Below, piece after piece: positions 12,043 to 22,656 of a DNA stretch of 64,000 nucleotides. The notes below the pieces were generated by a model. The model did no database searches. It saw only the letters and a program-made list of their open reading frames with translations, and was not told the DNA's origin. Each line of letters begins with the position of its first letter. The first letter of the stretch is position 1. The position numbers were made by a program, and so were the translations under genes. Source of the stretch: Prochlorococcus sp. AG-347-J22. Its GTDB lineage: Bacteria; Cyanobacteriota; Cyanobacteriia; PCC-6307; Cyanobiaceae. The stretch spans positions 27,091 through 91,090 of the forward strand of contig QCBY01000004.1 in assembly GCA_003279005.1 (NCBI GenBank). Direction: 5' to 3'.

Positions 12043-13215
12043 TTAAAGATTAATTTCTTCAGGAATTATTCCTAGTTCAAACAATTTTTTATATAAGCCC
12101 ATCAAAAATTTATTATCCTCTGGTAACTTGTTCCACTTTTGGGAATTAATTTCATTAATTAATTTTTGACAATCTTCTATTGTAAATTTTATAGGTGCTG
12201 TAAAGTGAGCCGGAATTAAATATTCCATATCTTCAAAAGACTTGATATTTTCTAACCATTTAAGTAATACTTCTTTTGAACGCGGAAAAATTAATTTTTG
12301 TAAAACTGGAGCAATTTGAATCTTAGGAATATCTTTACCCATAATTTCAACAAGAGAGGATTCCCAATCTTCGTCCCATAAAAAGGGATAAATGCCGAAA
12401 TGTGATCTCCAATTTCTGAGATCTTTTTTGAATGAATACTTAAATATTTCTTTTAAAGGTGGAATATTTAACTTACCTGGTTTCAAAAAAGATGAAAATA
12501 AGACTAACCTTTTCCATCCTTTTTTTCTTTGTTCGATGGAGTCATTCAAAGGTTCATCTCCTCTCTCTCTAGAGTGAAAAAGAAGTGGAGTTGGATCAAA
12601 ATTAAATATCTCAGGTGGAGTGGAGTCTATTCCAACTATCGCGTCTGTCACATGAAGAGTTTTTGTAGAATAATGAAAACAGCTTATCTCCTGATATCTT
12701 CCAAGTCCCAAATTCAAAGGGCCTAATGAAGACCATTTAAAGGCATCTTTGTGTGGAGTACCTTCCTCAAAAAGGATTCTTGTTCTTTTTGATGGAATTC
12801 CTAAAAAATCTTGTGGTAGATTTACGGGGAAACTCCATTGTCCAGGACAAAGCCAAATTTCCGCATCTTTAAAAATTCTTGAAAGGGCTGGAAGTCCGAT
12901 TTTGTGTTCTAATCCAGAGGCACTTGGGAGAATTATTGTTTTTACTTTGCCGTGAAGCGAAATTAATTTTTCTAACTCATTTATTAATTCTCTTGTGGGA
13001 GGTAATGGATTTATTAGTATCAATCCATTATCAACTTTTATTACTGTCATTCTTATTGGAACCGCTACATAATAAAGTCCTTGTATTTGTTCCAAAGACC
13101 ATATTTGATCAGGAATTAATTCTCTTAAAATTGTTTTCTTATTTCCATAAGGATATAAAGGAAATAATGGCCACCAATACCACTTTTTATTTAAAGTTTC
13201 TTCAACCATTATCAT
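12043..13215 (-). CDS. DUF4336 family protein (metallo-beta-lactamase-like)
   Basis: WPLFPLYPYG, VPIRMTVIK, SGLEHK, TDA, PAH motifs; ATGA overlap with the permease gene. Confidence 0.8.
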   Translation of the reverse strand: MIMVEETLNKKWYWWPLFPLYPYGNKKTILRELIPDQIWSLEQIQGLYYVAVPIRMTVIKVDNGLILINPLPPTRELINELEKLISLHGKVKTIILPSASGLEHKIGLPALSRIFKDAEIWLCPGQWSFPVNLPQDFLGIPSKRTRILFEEGTPHKDAFKWSSLGPLNLGLGRYQEISCFHYSTKTLHVTDAIVGIDSTPPEIFNFDPTPLLFHSRERGDEPLNDSIEQRKKGWKRLVLFSSFLKPGKLNIPPLKEIFKYSFKKDLRNWRSHFGIYPFLWDEDWESSLVEIMGKDIPKIQIAPVLQKLIFPRSKEVLLKWLENIKSFEDMEYLIPAHFTAPIKFTIEDCQKLINEINSQKWNKLPEDNKFLMGLYKKLFELGIIPEEINL

Positions 13216-14084
13216 TTATTCCCAGTAAATAATTTTTTTAATTTAAATATTCCATATCTTGGAGCGAACAAAAAAGCGAATAAAAATATAAAAGTTTGCG
13301 CCAAAACAATTGATCCCCCTGTTTCAAGATCAAACCAAAAACTAACGTAGATTCCTATTAAGCTTGAGATAATTGCACTAAATACTGAAATTACAGTCAT
13401 ATTATCAAACTTATCTGTAAGCAAATATGCTGTGGCTCCCGGTGTAATCAACATAGCAACTACCAAAATAATTCCAACAGACTGCAAGCCCACCACTGCG
13501 GCTAAAGATAAACATGTAAGGAGTAAATAATGAAGAAAAAATACGTTAATCCCCACTGTTTTTGCATGCCTAGGATCAAAACAATAAAGCATTAAATCTT
13601 TTCTATAAATTAATAAAAGGATTACTACCAATAACGAAATTAATATAGTTTGTTTTACATCTGAAAGTGATATTCCTAATGGACTACCAAAAAGAATAGA
13701 GTGCAAATCAATATTACTTTTAATCTTAGAAACCAAGACGATTCCAAGGGCGAAAAACCCAGTGAATACTAACCCAATAACAGTATCTTCCTTAACTCTG
13801 GATTTCTGCTTAATTAATCCTATCAATGCCACAGACCCAACTCCAAAAAAAAATGCCCCCAATGAGAAAGGAAGACCTAGAGCATAAGCGACCACAACGC
13901 CTGGCATTACTGAATGTGACACTGCATCTCCCATTAAAGCCCATCCTTTAAGAGTCAAATAACTAGATAAAAAACCACAAACAGCTGCTACAAGTGAACT
14001 CATAAGAAGTGCTTTTCTCATAAAGTCATGAGTTAAAGGATCTGTTATAAATGAATCTAAAGTTAAAAAAGAACAGAGTTCCAT
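13212..14084 (-). CDS. Mn/Fe/Zn ABC transporter permease (MntB-like)
   Basis: LMGDAVSHSVMPG, ILFG, VGIILVVAML; multiple transmembrane segments. Confidence 0.93.
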   Translation of the reverse strand: MELCSFLTLDSFITDPLTHDFMRKALLMSSLVAAVCGFLSSYLTLKGWALMGDAVSHSVMPGVVVAYALGLPFSLGAFFFGVGSVALIGLIKQKSRVKEDTVIGLVFTGFFALGIVLVSKIKSNIDLHSILFGSPLGISLSDVKQTILISLLVVILLLIYRKDLMLYCFDPRHAKTVGINVFFLHYLLLTCLSLAAVVGLQSVGIILVVAMLITPGATAYLLTDKFDNMTVISVFSAIISSLIGIYVSFWFDLETGGSIVLAQTFIFLFAFLFAPRYGIFKLKKLFTGNK

Positions 14085-14096
14085 ATAATTTAAAAT

Positions 14097-14861
14097 TTAG
14101 GACTCCGGTCCAAACAAGAAATCAGGTGAGATGCCTCCAAAAGTAGTTGTAATATTTTCAGGGGTAAATACTTCAGAGGTCTCGCCATAAGCTACAACAG
14201 TTTTATTTATTAAAAGAACTAAATCACAAAATTCACGGACATGAATCATATCATGCGTCGATAATAATATAGTTTTCCCCTCATTTTTAAATTGTATAAA
14301 TAATTCCGAGATAAGTTTTTCAGTTCTTATATCAACACCTGAAAAAGGTTCATCAAGAAGTAATATTGACGCTCTTTGCGCAATTGCTCTTGCTAAAAAA
14401 GCTCTTTTTCTCTGACCTCCAGATAAGTTTCCAATGGGTGTAGATAAATGATCAGTAAGATCTACTCTTTCAATAGCATCTTTAACTGCCTGTGAATCAG
14501 ACTCTCTAGGACATCTGAAAATATTCATCGAACCATATCTTCCCATCATTACTACATCCCAAACATTCACTGGGAATTGACTATCAATTCCCTCATTTTG
14601 AGGGACATAAGCAATTGTCTGATCTTTTTGAGCAGATCTTACAGACTCACCATTAATTCTAATTTTCCCCTTCGAAATATTCACAAAACCAGTTAAAGCA
14701 TTAAAAAAGGTTGTTTTACCTGACCCGTTCATCCCTACTAAGCCACAAATCTGGCCTGGTTTCAATCTTAGATTGGCATCATATAAAGCCACCTTACCAT
14801 TGTAATCCACGCAAATATTCTCTGCATCAATCCTAAATTTTTGATAATTGGTTGTTTCCAT
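14097..14861 (-). CDS. Mn/Fe/Zn ABC transporter ATP-binding subunit (MntA-like)
   Basis: GMNGSGKT, YVPQ, LSGGQRKR, LLDEPF, STHD. Confidence 0.94.
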   Translation of the reverse strand: METTNYQKFRIDAENICVDYNGKVALYDANLRLKPGQICGLVGMNGSGKTTFFNALTGFVNISKGKIRINGESVRSAQKDQTIAYVPQNEGIDSQFPVNVWDVVMMGRYGSMNIFRCPRESDSQAVKDAIERVDLTDHLSTPIGNLSGGQRKRAFLARAIAQRASILLLDEPFSGVDIRTEKLISELFIQFKNEGKTILLSTHDMIHVREFCDLVLLINKTVVAYGETSEVFTPENITTTFGGISPDFLFGPES

Positions 14862-14864
14862 AAT

Positions 14865-15764
14865 TCAAAAAAGCCCTTTTTTAATCAGATCCAAATTATG
14901 CTCAAGCATTTTTAAATAAGAACTGGCCGGACCACTATCATCAGATAATGAATCAACAAAAAGATTTCCTCCAAATTTAGCTCCAGTTGTGTTTGCGACA
15001 ACCATTTGAGATTCGTTACTTACAGTACTTTCGCAAAATACAGTTGGAACATTTTTAGCTTTAACTAACGAGATTGTTCTTGCCATTCTTTTGGGAGTAA
15101 TTTGACTTTCAGCATTAACAGGCCACAAATAAACTTCCTCTAATCCATAATCATTTGTTAGATATGAAAAAGCCCCTTCACAACTTACTAGATACCTCCT
15201 ATCTTTATTTATGTTATTAATAAAAAGTGAGAATTCTTTATCTATTTTAGAGAGTTTATCTTTATAAATTTTCCCATTTTTTTTAAAAAACTCCCTTTTC
15301 GATGGCCTCAATTCTGATAAAGATTCCACAAGAATATCTACGTAAAGCATCCCTCTTTTTGGAGAAATCCAGGCATGAGGGTTGGGTTTCCCTTTATAAA
15401 AATCTTCACTGATAAAAATTGGATCTAAATCTTTCGCGACGGAAATTCTTTTTACTTGTAAATTGGAAACAAATTTTTCTGCCCATAATTCAAATCCAAA
15501 TCCATTGTCAACAAAAACAAAAGCCCTAGAGGCTTTTACCAAATCGCTTGGAGTTGGTTTGTAACCATGAACTTCAACTCCAGGTTTTGTTATTGATCTA
15601 ACAATGAAATCATCCTTAGCTAGATTTTTAATTATGTCTGCCAAAACAGTAAAACTTACAAGTATTACTTCTTTATTATCATTTTTATTTGATGTCCTCC
15701 TACAGGAAACTGAAGTTAAAGAAATTAAAATTACCAAACTTAAAAAAAGAATATTTTTTCTCAT
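14865..15764 (-). CDS. Mn-type ABC transporter substrate-binding lipoprotein (MntC-like)
   Basis: Likely start ATG 15764 (MRKNILFLSL...SVSC lipobox); metal-ligand motifs EVHGY, NPHAW, CEGAF, VDSL give a His/His/Glu/Asp set. Confidence 0.92.
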   Translation of the reverse strand: MRKNILFLSLVILISLTSVSCRRTSNKNDNKEVILVSFTVLADIIKNLAKDDFIVRSITKPGVEVHGYKPTPSDLVKASRAFVFVDNGFGFELWAEKFVSNLQVKRISVAKDLDPIFISEDFYKGKPNPHAWISPKRGMLYVDILVESLSELRPSKREFFKKNGKIYKDKLSKIDKEFSLFINNINKDRRYLVSCEGAFSYLTNDYGLEEVYLWPVNAESQITPKRMARTISLVKAKNVPTVFCESTVSNESQMVVANTTGAKFGGNLFVDSLSDDSGPASSYLKMLEHNLDLIKKGLF

Positions 15765-15783
15765 ATTTATATCAATACCCAGA

Positions 15784-17118
15784 TTAGATACCAAAAGATG
15801 GTTTCATTAGTGGTTTTCTAAGATCAGAAATAATGCATTTCCAATTTATTTTTTCTTTTTCAAAAGCTTTTTCAACAATTTTCTCAGAATTTTTCTTTAT
15901 AAAATCCAAATCAGGTTCTTCTACTCCTTTTGTTATTGCCATAAAATCAGCCAAAGAAGTCGATACTACTCTTGTTAGATACGCAGCACTGACAGCCTGA
16001 AATGTCCCAGAAACAAGCCAATTTGTACCATGTAATTTTGTTATGCCAATTAGTGTCTGCCCACTCCATTCAATAACTCCCTGAGCAATTGCTGTTTTCA
16101 AAATCTCTTTAGACACTTTATCTAAAATTTCGGGAGACCAATTACAACCCCATATAGACTTAATTTCTTTAACCATTAAAGAATTTAGCACTGTCATTGC
16201 CATAACATCTATTGATGGGATAGGAGACAAGAAAACAGTAGTAGCTACAATAATTTGATTTTTTCTTTGTATTCCTTTTAACTGCATTCTTCTTATTCCC
16301 TCAATTTCAGATTGCCATGCAAAATGTAATTCTCTCAAGAGTCTTTTTTTTGTATTTTCAATATTTTTAGTTGAACTTACGCAAAACTTCCTAAAAGAAA
16401 AAGGTATATTTGCTATTTCATTTTTATTTACATCAAAAATAATTATTTTATTTATAAATTCACTTCCAATTTGAGACTTTAGGTCTTCTATCTGATTTTT
16501 GCCTTCTATTTCGTTGGAAGTTAAAGCTACTAACCAAATAGGCAAATTTTTGGGAAACTTTTCCAGCCACAAAAAATCATTTGCCGACAAAGGCAAATTT
16601 ATAAAATATAAGATTGCATCGCTATTCAAGACGTCTTTTGGAATAATTTCAGAAGAATTATATTTAGGTAGTTTTTCATATAAATCGAAGTCAAACTTAT
16701 CTTTTTTAAAATTATTCTTCAATACAAATTGAAAACTGCCATAGTCTTTTTGCCCAATACAACTTATTTTTTCTTTTTCACATCTATTGAGAATCAATTC
16801 AAATGTTTTTTTTCTTTTTGAATTCTGTTTCTCTAAATCGTTTGTTTCTTCAAGTTCTTCATAAAAATTTAAATCTTCATTACAAAGATTTATCCAACCA
16901 TCTAAATTATTTGGCTCATTAAATTTAGGCTTATCATTTTTCAAGTAAAAATATCCTCCCAAACATAAAATAAAAAATCCTATTGAGCCCCCTGCAAAAT
17001 TAATTAAGTCACTAACAAACCATTCTCCAAAACCTAATAACAGTAAAATAATTAGAAAATTTTTTTTTGGAAACTTTATTAAATTCCTTAAAAATTTGTC
17101 TTTACTAATATCAAACAC
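15784..17118 (-). CDS. YcjF/DUF697 family membrane protein with degenerate GTPase-like domain
   Basis: Two N-terminal transmembrane segments; C-terminal SPIPSID...AAYLTRVV DUF697-like region; no intact P-loop. Confidence 0.72.
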   Translation of the reverse strand: MFDISKDKFLRNLIKFPKKNFLIILLLLGFGEWFVSDLINFAGGSIGFFILCLGGYFYLKNDKPKFNEPNNLDGWINLCNEDLNFYEELEETNDLEKQNSKRKKTFELILNRCEKEKISCIGQKDYGSFQFVLKNNFKKDKFDFDLYEKLPKYNSSEIIPKDVLNSDAILYFINLPLSANDFLWLEKFPKNLPIWLVALTSNEIEGKNQIEDLKSQIGSEFINKIIIFDVNKNEIANIPFSFRKFCVSSTKNIENTKKRLLRELHFAWQSEIEGIRRMQLKGIQRKNQIIVATTVFLSPIPSIDVMAMTVLNSLMVKEIKSIWGCNWSPEILDKVSKEILKTAIAQGVIEWSGQTLIGITKLHGTNWLVSGTFQAVSAAYLTRVVSTSLADFMAITKGVEEPDLDFIKKNSEKIVEKAFEKEKINWKCIISDLRKPLMKPSFGI

Positions 17119-17228
17119 AATACTTTAATTCTCTAATTTTTATTTTAATGCAAGTTGTGAATGAGAAAAGCAAAATTACATAAGTCGTTAATTAAAAGAT
17201 AAAAATTAAAGTCTTTTTAAAATACTTA

Positions 17229-17258
17229 TTGCATAACTAGATGCTAAGTTAATAAACT
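17229..17258 (+). promoter_or_regulatory. Candidate sigma70 promoter for the hypothetical-trpS-thrS-glk-thrB operon
   Basis: TTGCAT-N18-TAAACT ending 26 nt before the ATG at 17285. Confidence 0.35.
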
Positions 17259-17284
17259 ATTTAAATAAAGTAAGAAACATCAAG

Positions 17285-17707
17285 ATGTCTAATTCAAATT
17301 TCAGCAATAATTCTGGACAAGAAAATTACAGAAGGCATTCTAGTAATGAAAGATCTAATTTCAGAGATAGATCAGGTAGCAGAAGAGATGGAGGTGGATT
17401 CCGAATAAGATTAAGTGATAACGAAATGAAAGCTGTTAAATCAATACAAGAAACCTTCCAACTAAGTTCTACTGTTGCAGTTCTTGGTTTCGCTATTAGA
17501 ACACTTAGCGAAATGATCAAAGACGAAAAATTAATTGAAGCAATAACTGAATATGCCAAAAATAACAAAAACTCTTCTCAGAGTAGACAATCACAAAATC
17601 CTTATAAAGAAAAGATAAAAATAACTCCTGACCCCTTTGCAAGACCTGTTAAAAGTTCATCAAATGAAGAAATCCAATCAAGCGAAGTAGAAGAGGATGA
17701 CAAATAA
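17285..17707 (+). CDS. Conserved hypothetical protein, probable ribbon-helix-helix core with disordered flanks
   Basis: GGFRIRLSDNEMKAVKSIQETFQLSSTVAVLGFAIRTL; overlaps trpS by 11 nt. Confidence 0.75.
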   Translation: MSNSNFSNNSGQENYRRHSSNERSNFRDRSGSRRDGGGFRIRLSDNEMKAVKSIQETFQLSSTVAVLGFAIRTLSEMIKDEKLIEAITEYAKNNKNSSQSRQSQNPYKEKIKITPDPFARPVKSSSNEEIQSSEVEEDDK

Positions 17708-18713
17708 AAAAAGGATTCTTTCTGGAGTTCAACCAACTGGTGATTTACATATAGGGAATTGGCTTGGTGCAATCAATAATTGGGTGACTCTTCAAGATCA
17801 ATATGAAACATTTCTATGTGTAGTTGATTTGCACGCAATAACTGCCACGTATAATCCCAAAGAATTGTCTAAAAATACTATATCTACTGCAGCCTTGTAC
17901 GTCGCTTGTGGGATAGATCCCAAAATATGCTCAATTTTTGTTCAAAGTCAAATTTCTGCACATTCAGAACTTTGTTGGATATTAAATTGCATGACCCCAA
18001 TTAATTGGATGGAAAGAATGATTCAATTTAAAGAAAAATCTATACAACAAGGAAATAATGTATCTATCGGATTATTTGACTATCCGATCTTAATGGCTGC
18101 AGATATCCTCCTATATGACGCTGACTTCGTACCTGTAGGTGAGGATCAAAAACAACATCTTGAACTTGCCAGAGATATTGCACAACAAAGAATTAATGCC
18201 AAATTTAGTAAGGATAAAAATATCTTAAAAATTCCTCAACCAATTATTATGAAGAATGGATCAAAAATAATGAGTTTGATTGATGGTTCAAAAAAGATGA
18301 GCAAAAGTGATCCTAATGAAGGCAGTCGTATTAACTTATTAGATGCTCCTGAAATAATCACGAAAAAAATAAAAAGAGCAAAAAGCGACAGTTATATCGG
18401 AATAGAATTAAACAACCCTGAGAGACCAGAATCTAAGAATCTTCTAATGATTTATTCAATATTATCTGGCAAAGAAATTTCTCAATGTGAAAATGAATTC
18501 TCCGAAACTGGATGGGGGACATTTAAAAAATTAATAACTGAACAACTTATAGAATCCTTAGAACCTATTCAAGAAAAATATAAATTACTAATGAATGATC
18601 CCTATCAATTAAATAATATCCTTAGAGAGGGTAAGGAAAAAGCTGAGGATCAAGCAAATAAAACTCTCAAAAGAGTTAAATCAAAATTAGGATTCTTTGA
18701 AATCAAGAAATAA
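17697..18713 (+). CDS. trpS: Tryptophan--tRNA ligase
   Basis: GVQPTGDLHIGN, VGEDQKQH, KMSKS. Confidence 0.98.
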   Translation: MTNKKRILSGVQPTGDLHIGNWLGAINNWVTLQDQYETFLCVVDLHAITATYNPKELSKNTISTAALYVACGIDPKICSIFVQSQISAHSELCWILNCMTPINWMERMIQFKEKSIQQGNNVSIGLFDYPILMAADILLYDADFVPVGEDQKQHLELARDIAQQRINAKFSKDKNILKIPQPIIMKNGSKIMSLIDGSKKMSKSDPNEGSRINLLDAPEIITKKIKRAKSDSYIGIELNNPERPESKNLLMIYSILSGKEISQCENEFSETGWGTFKKLITEQLIESLEPIQEKYKLLMNDPYQLNNILREGKEKAEDQANKTLKRVKSKLGFFEIKK

Positions 18714-18716
18714 ATT

Positions 18717-20633
18717 ATGCCAGTAATAACATTGCCTGATGGTTCCCAAAAGGTTTTCAAAAAATCTGTAACTATACTAGAAATTGCCCAGAGTATTGGA
18801 GAAGGATTAGCTAAAGCAGCAATAGCAGGAAAAGTAAATGATGTTCTTTTTGATGCAACTCTCCCTATAAAAAATGATTCCAAAGTTGTAATAATTACAT
18901 CCAAAGATAAAGAGGGAATTGAAATAATTAGACATTCTTTTGCTCATCTTATCGGTCATGCAGTAAAACAAATTTACCCAAATATAATGATGGCAATTGG
19001 TCCCGTAATTGAAGATGGCTTTTACTACGATATTTTTTCAGAATATAGATTTACCCCTGAGGATTTAAACAAAATTGAAAAGAGAATCAATGACTTAATA
19101 AAAACAAATTATGATGTGGAAATTTTACAAGTTACCAAAAAAGAAGCGATTAAAACTTTTCAAGAAAGAGATGAGACTTTTAAATTAAGAATAATTAAAG
19201 AAATTCCTGATGATGGTCTCATCAATTTATATAAACACGAAGAGTATATTGATATGTGTAGAGGACCACATGTTCCTAACACAAGACATCTCAGACACTT
19301 TAAGTTGCTTAAATTATCGGGTTCATACTGGAGAGGTAATAGTGAAAATGAATCATTACAGAGAATATATGGAACTGCCTGGGCTAAAGAGAAAGAACTC
19401 AATGATTACCTAAAAAGAATAGAAGAAGCCGAAAAAAGAGATCATAGAAAACTTGGAAAAAAACATTCACTCTTTCATATACAAGAAGAATCCCCTGGTA
19501 TGATTTTTTGGCATCCGAATGGATGGACTATCTACCAAGTACTTGAAAAATATGTAAGAGAAATTCTTAAAAAAAATGATTATCTGGAAATTAAAACTCC
19601 ACAAGCTGTAGACAAGTCTCTTTGGGAAAAGTCAGGCCATTGGGAAAAATTTAGAGACGATATGTTCACTACTGCATCGGAAAATAGGACTTATGCAATT
19701 AAACCGATGAATTGTCCGTGCCATATTCAAGTATTTAATCAAGGTTTAAAAAGTTATAAAGATTTACCTATTCGTCTTGCTGAATTTGGTTCTTGTCATA
19801 GAAATGAACCATCAGGTGCGTTGCATGGCTTAATGAGAGTAAGAAATTTTACTCAGGATGATGCTCATATATTTTGTACAGAAGAACAAATTCAAGATGA
19901 GGTATCTAGTTTTATTGATCTTGTTTTCGAGGTTTATAAAAATTTTGGTTTTGATGAAATTATTATCAAATTATCAACTCGTCCTGAGCAAAGGGTAGGT
20001 AGCGAGGATATTTGGGATAAATCAGAAGATGCTCTTACCAAGGCTCTTAATAGTAAAGGTTTAACATGGGAACTGCAACCTGGAGAAGGTGCCTTTTATG
20101 GTCCAAAAATAGAATTCTCATTAAAGGATTGTCTTAATAGAGTCTGGCAATGTGGAACTATTCAAGTTGATTTCTCAATGCCTATAAGATTGGATGCAAC
20201 TTTTATTGATATTAATAATGATAAAAAAAATCCAGTAATGCTTCATAGGGCAATTTTGGGATCTTTTGAAAGATTTATCGGAATCTTAATTGAACAATAT
20301 GAGGCTAAATTCCCAATCTGGCTTGCACCTTATCAAATAATTTTATTGAGCATTACCGATAGGAATATTGAAAAATGCTTAAAATTTAATAAATTAATAA
20401 ACACTAAAGGATATCGATCAAAAGTTGATATAAGAAATGAAAAAATAGGATACAAGATTAGAGAGGCAACTATCGGAAGAATTCCCTTAATTGCAGTTAT
20501 TGGAGATAAAGAAGAACAACTAGATTCCGTTGCATTAAGAGCCTTAGATGGGAAGAATTTAGGTATTTTAAAAATTGATGATCTCTATAAATTAATGGAT
20601 AATTTAATAGAAAAGAAAGGAAGAACAGACTAA
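18717..20633 (+). CDS. thrS: Threonine--tRNA ligase
   Basis: TGS domain [47 protein letters not shown]. Confidence 0.98.
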   Translation: MPVITLPDGSQKVFKKSVTILEIAQSIGEGLAKAAIAGKVNDVLFDATLPIKNDSKVVIITSKDKEGIEIIRHSFAHLIGHAVKQIYPNIMMAIGPVIEDGFYYDIFSEYRFTPEDLNKIEKRINDLIKTNYDVEILQVTKKEAIKTFQERDETFKLRIIKEIPDDGLINLYKHEEYIDMCRGPHVPNTRHLRHFKLLKLSGSYWRGNSENESLQRIYGTAWAKEKELNDYLKRIEEAEKRDHRKLGKKHSLFHIQEESPGMIFWHPNGWTIYQVLEKYVREILKKNDYLEIKTPQAVDKSLWEKSGHWEKFRDDMFTTASENRTYAIKPMNCPCHIQVFNQGLKSYKDLPIRLAEFGSCHRNEPSGALHGLMRVRNFTQDDAHIFCTEEQIQDEVSSFIDLVFEVYKNFGFDEIIIKLSTRPEQRVGSEDIWDKSEDALTKALNSKGLTWELQPGEGAFYGPKIEFSLKDCLNRVWQCGTIQVDFSMPIRLDATFIDINNDKKNPVMLHRAILGSFERFIGILIEQYEAKFPIWLAPYQIILLSITDRNIEKCLKFNKLINTKGYRSKVDIRNEKIGYKIREATIGRIPLIAVIGDKEEQLDSVALRALDGKNLGILKIDDLYKLMDNLIEKKGRTD

Positions 20634-20643
20634 TTATGAATAG

Positions 20644-21681
20644 ATGAATTTTCTTGCTTGTGATCTAGGGGGTACAAAAGTTCTATTAGGAATTTTCAAA
20701 AAGAATGTTAATGCTGATTTTCCTAATTTGATCTTTAAAAAAAAATATATATCTTCCCATTGGGATTCGTTAGATTTTATTTTAGAAGATTTTCTAAAAA
20801 ATGAATGCAAAAAATTTAATCATCCTCTTTCTGCTTGTTTCGCAGTAGCAGGCCCCATAACTAACAACAATGCAAAAATTATTAATTTGTCATGGAATAT
20901 TTCTGGAGATGGATTAAAAAAGAAATTTAAATTTAAAAGTTGCGAATTAGTAAATGATTTTGCAGTACAAATTTATGGAATACCTTTTTTACAAAAAAAT
21001 CAATATTCTACTATTCAAATTGGAGACAATTCAGCAAGCTCAAACAAAGATTTGCATGCCATTGTTGGGGCTGGAACTGGTCTAGGCATTGCAAGAGGTC
21101 TAATAACTGGAAGTAAAATAAAGGTATTAGCTAGCGAAGGTGGTCATGTTGAATACTCGCCAAAATCAGAACTAGAATGGGAATTAAAGAATTGGCTCAA
21201 AAATTCTTTAAAAGATGAGAGAATATCTTGTGAAAGAATTGTTAGTGGGATTGGTTTATCAAGAATAGCTGAATGGAGACTTAGCAAACCTGATGCTATA
21301 AACCACCCTTTAAGAAAATACTTCAAAGAATTGAAAATTTCTGATACTTTGAGAAAAGAACTTCCTGAAAAAATCTGTAACTTGTCTAATCAGGGGGATA
21401 CCCTAATGATTGAAGTGGAGAGAATGTGGTTAGAAGCTTACGCATCTTTATTGGGAGATGTGGCTCTTCAAGAATTGTGCTTTGGAGGACTATGGATTTC
21501 TGGAGGGACTGCTCCAAAACATTTCAGAAACTTTAAATCAGATTTATTTATGAAACAATTTTCAGATAAAGGAAGATTAAAAGATATTCTTAAAAATATA
21601 CCTGTAAACGTAATCTTAGATGAAGAGTTTGGATTATTTAGCGCAGCCTGCAGAGCAAAAATGCTTTTACGTGTAGGTTAA
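20644..21681 (+). CDS. glk: Glucokinase
   Basis: DLGGT, AVAGP, VNDF, GAGTGLG, SEGGH. Confidence 0.93.
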   Translation: MNFLACDLGGTKVLLGIFKKNVNADFPNLIFKKKYISSHWDSLDFILEDFLKNECKKFNHPLSACFAVAGPITNNNAKIINLSWNISGDGLKKKFKFKSCELVNDFAVQIYGIPFLQKNQYSTIQIGDNSASSNKDLHAIVGAGTGLGIARGLITGSKIKVLASEGGHVEYSPKSELEWELKNWLKNSLKDERISCERIVSGIGLSRIAEWRLSKPDAINHPLRKYFKELKISDTLRKELPEKICNLSNQGDTLMIEVERMWLEAYASLLGDVALQELCFGGLWISGGTAPKHFRNFKSDLFMKQFSDKGRLKDILKNIPVNVILDEEFGLFSAACRAKMLLRVG

Positions 21682-21688
21682 TTTTTTT

Positions 21689-22636
21689 ATGTCTTATCCA
21701 GAAGTAGGAAAAAAAATTATTGTAACAGTTCCCTCTACAACTGCTAATTTAGGTCCTGGATTCGACTGTCTTGGTGCAGCATTAGATTTATATAACGAAT
21801 TTATTTTTACAAGAATAAGTGGCGGTGGGGATAGATTTGATTTAATAATGGAAAGTACCGATGGTAATCATCTAAGAGGAGGCCCAGAAAATTTAGTTTT
21901 TAGGGCCGCACAGAAAGTATGGGAAAGTGCCAATATTGAACCTTTCGCTCTTGAAGCTAGAGTAAAATTAGCAGTCCCGCCTGCTCGTGGACTAGGGAGT
22001 AGTGCAACAGCAATAGTTGCAGGACTAATTGGAGCAAATTCAATTATGAACTCCCCTTTACCCAAAGAAAAACTTTTAGAGCTTGCTATTGATATTGAAG
22101 GTCATCCTGATAATGTTGTTCCTTCTCTCTTAGGAGGTCTATGTTTAACAGCCAGATCATCTTCTCAAAGATGGAGAATTATTAGATGTGAGTGGCATGA
22201 TTCAATTAAAGCCGTAGTGGCAATACCTGCTATTCGTCTTAGTACAAGTGAAGCGAGGAGAGTAATGCCGAAGAATGTTCCTATCTCTGATGCAGTCACA
22301 AATATGGGGGCACTTACTTTATTACTAAACGGCTTAAAAACGGGAAATGATGAATTAATAAAAGAAGGGATGTTTGACAAATTACATGAACCATATCGAT
22401 GGAAACTTATTAAGGGTGGATTGGAAGTTAAAGATGCCGCCTTAGAAGCAGGTGCTTTAGGCTGTGCAATAAGTGGGGCAGGACCGAGTATCTTAGCTTT
22501 GTGTAAAAAGGATAATGGGAAAGTAGTCAGTCAAGCAATGGTAAAAGCTTGGGAAAAGTCAGGCGTAGCAAGTAGAGCACCATATTTGAATATTCAAAAA
22601 ACAGGGAGTCAATTTAAGGATATTTCTGGTAAGTAG
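21689..22636 (+). CDS. thrB: Homoserine kinase
   Basis: TANLGPGFD, PPARGLGSS, EGHPDNV, ISGAGPS. Confidence 0.97.
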   Translation: MSYPEVGKKIIVTVPSTTANLGPGFDCLGAALDLYNEFIFTRISGGGDRFDLIMESTDGNHLRGGPENLVFRAAQKVWESANIEPFALEARVKLAVPPARGLGSSATAIVAGLIGANSIMNSPLPKEKLLELAIDIEGHPDNVVPSLLGGLCLTARSSSQRWRIIRCEWHDSIKAVVAIPAIRLSTSEARRVMPKNVPISDAVTNMGALTLLLNGLKTGNDELIKEGMFDKLHEPYRWKLIKGGLEVKDAALEAGALGCAISGAGPSILALCKKDNGKVVSQAMVKAWEKSGVASRAPYLNIQKTGSQFKDISGK

Positions 22637-22656
22637 TTTTACTTAGGTATTTTTAG

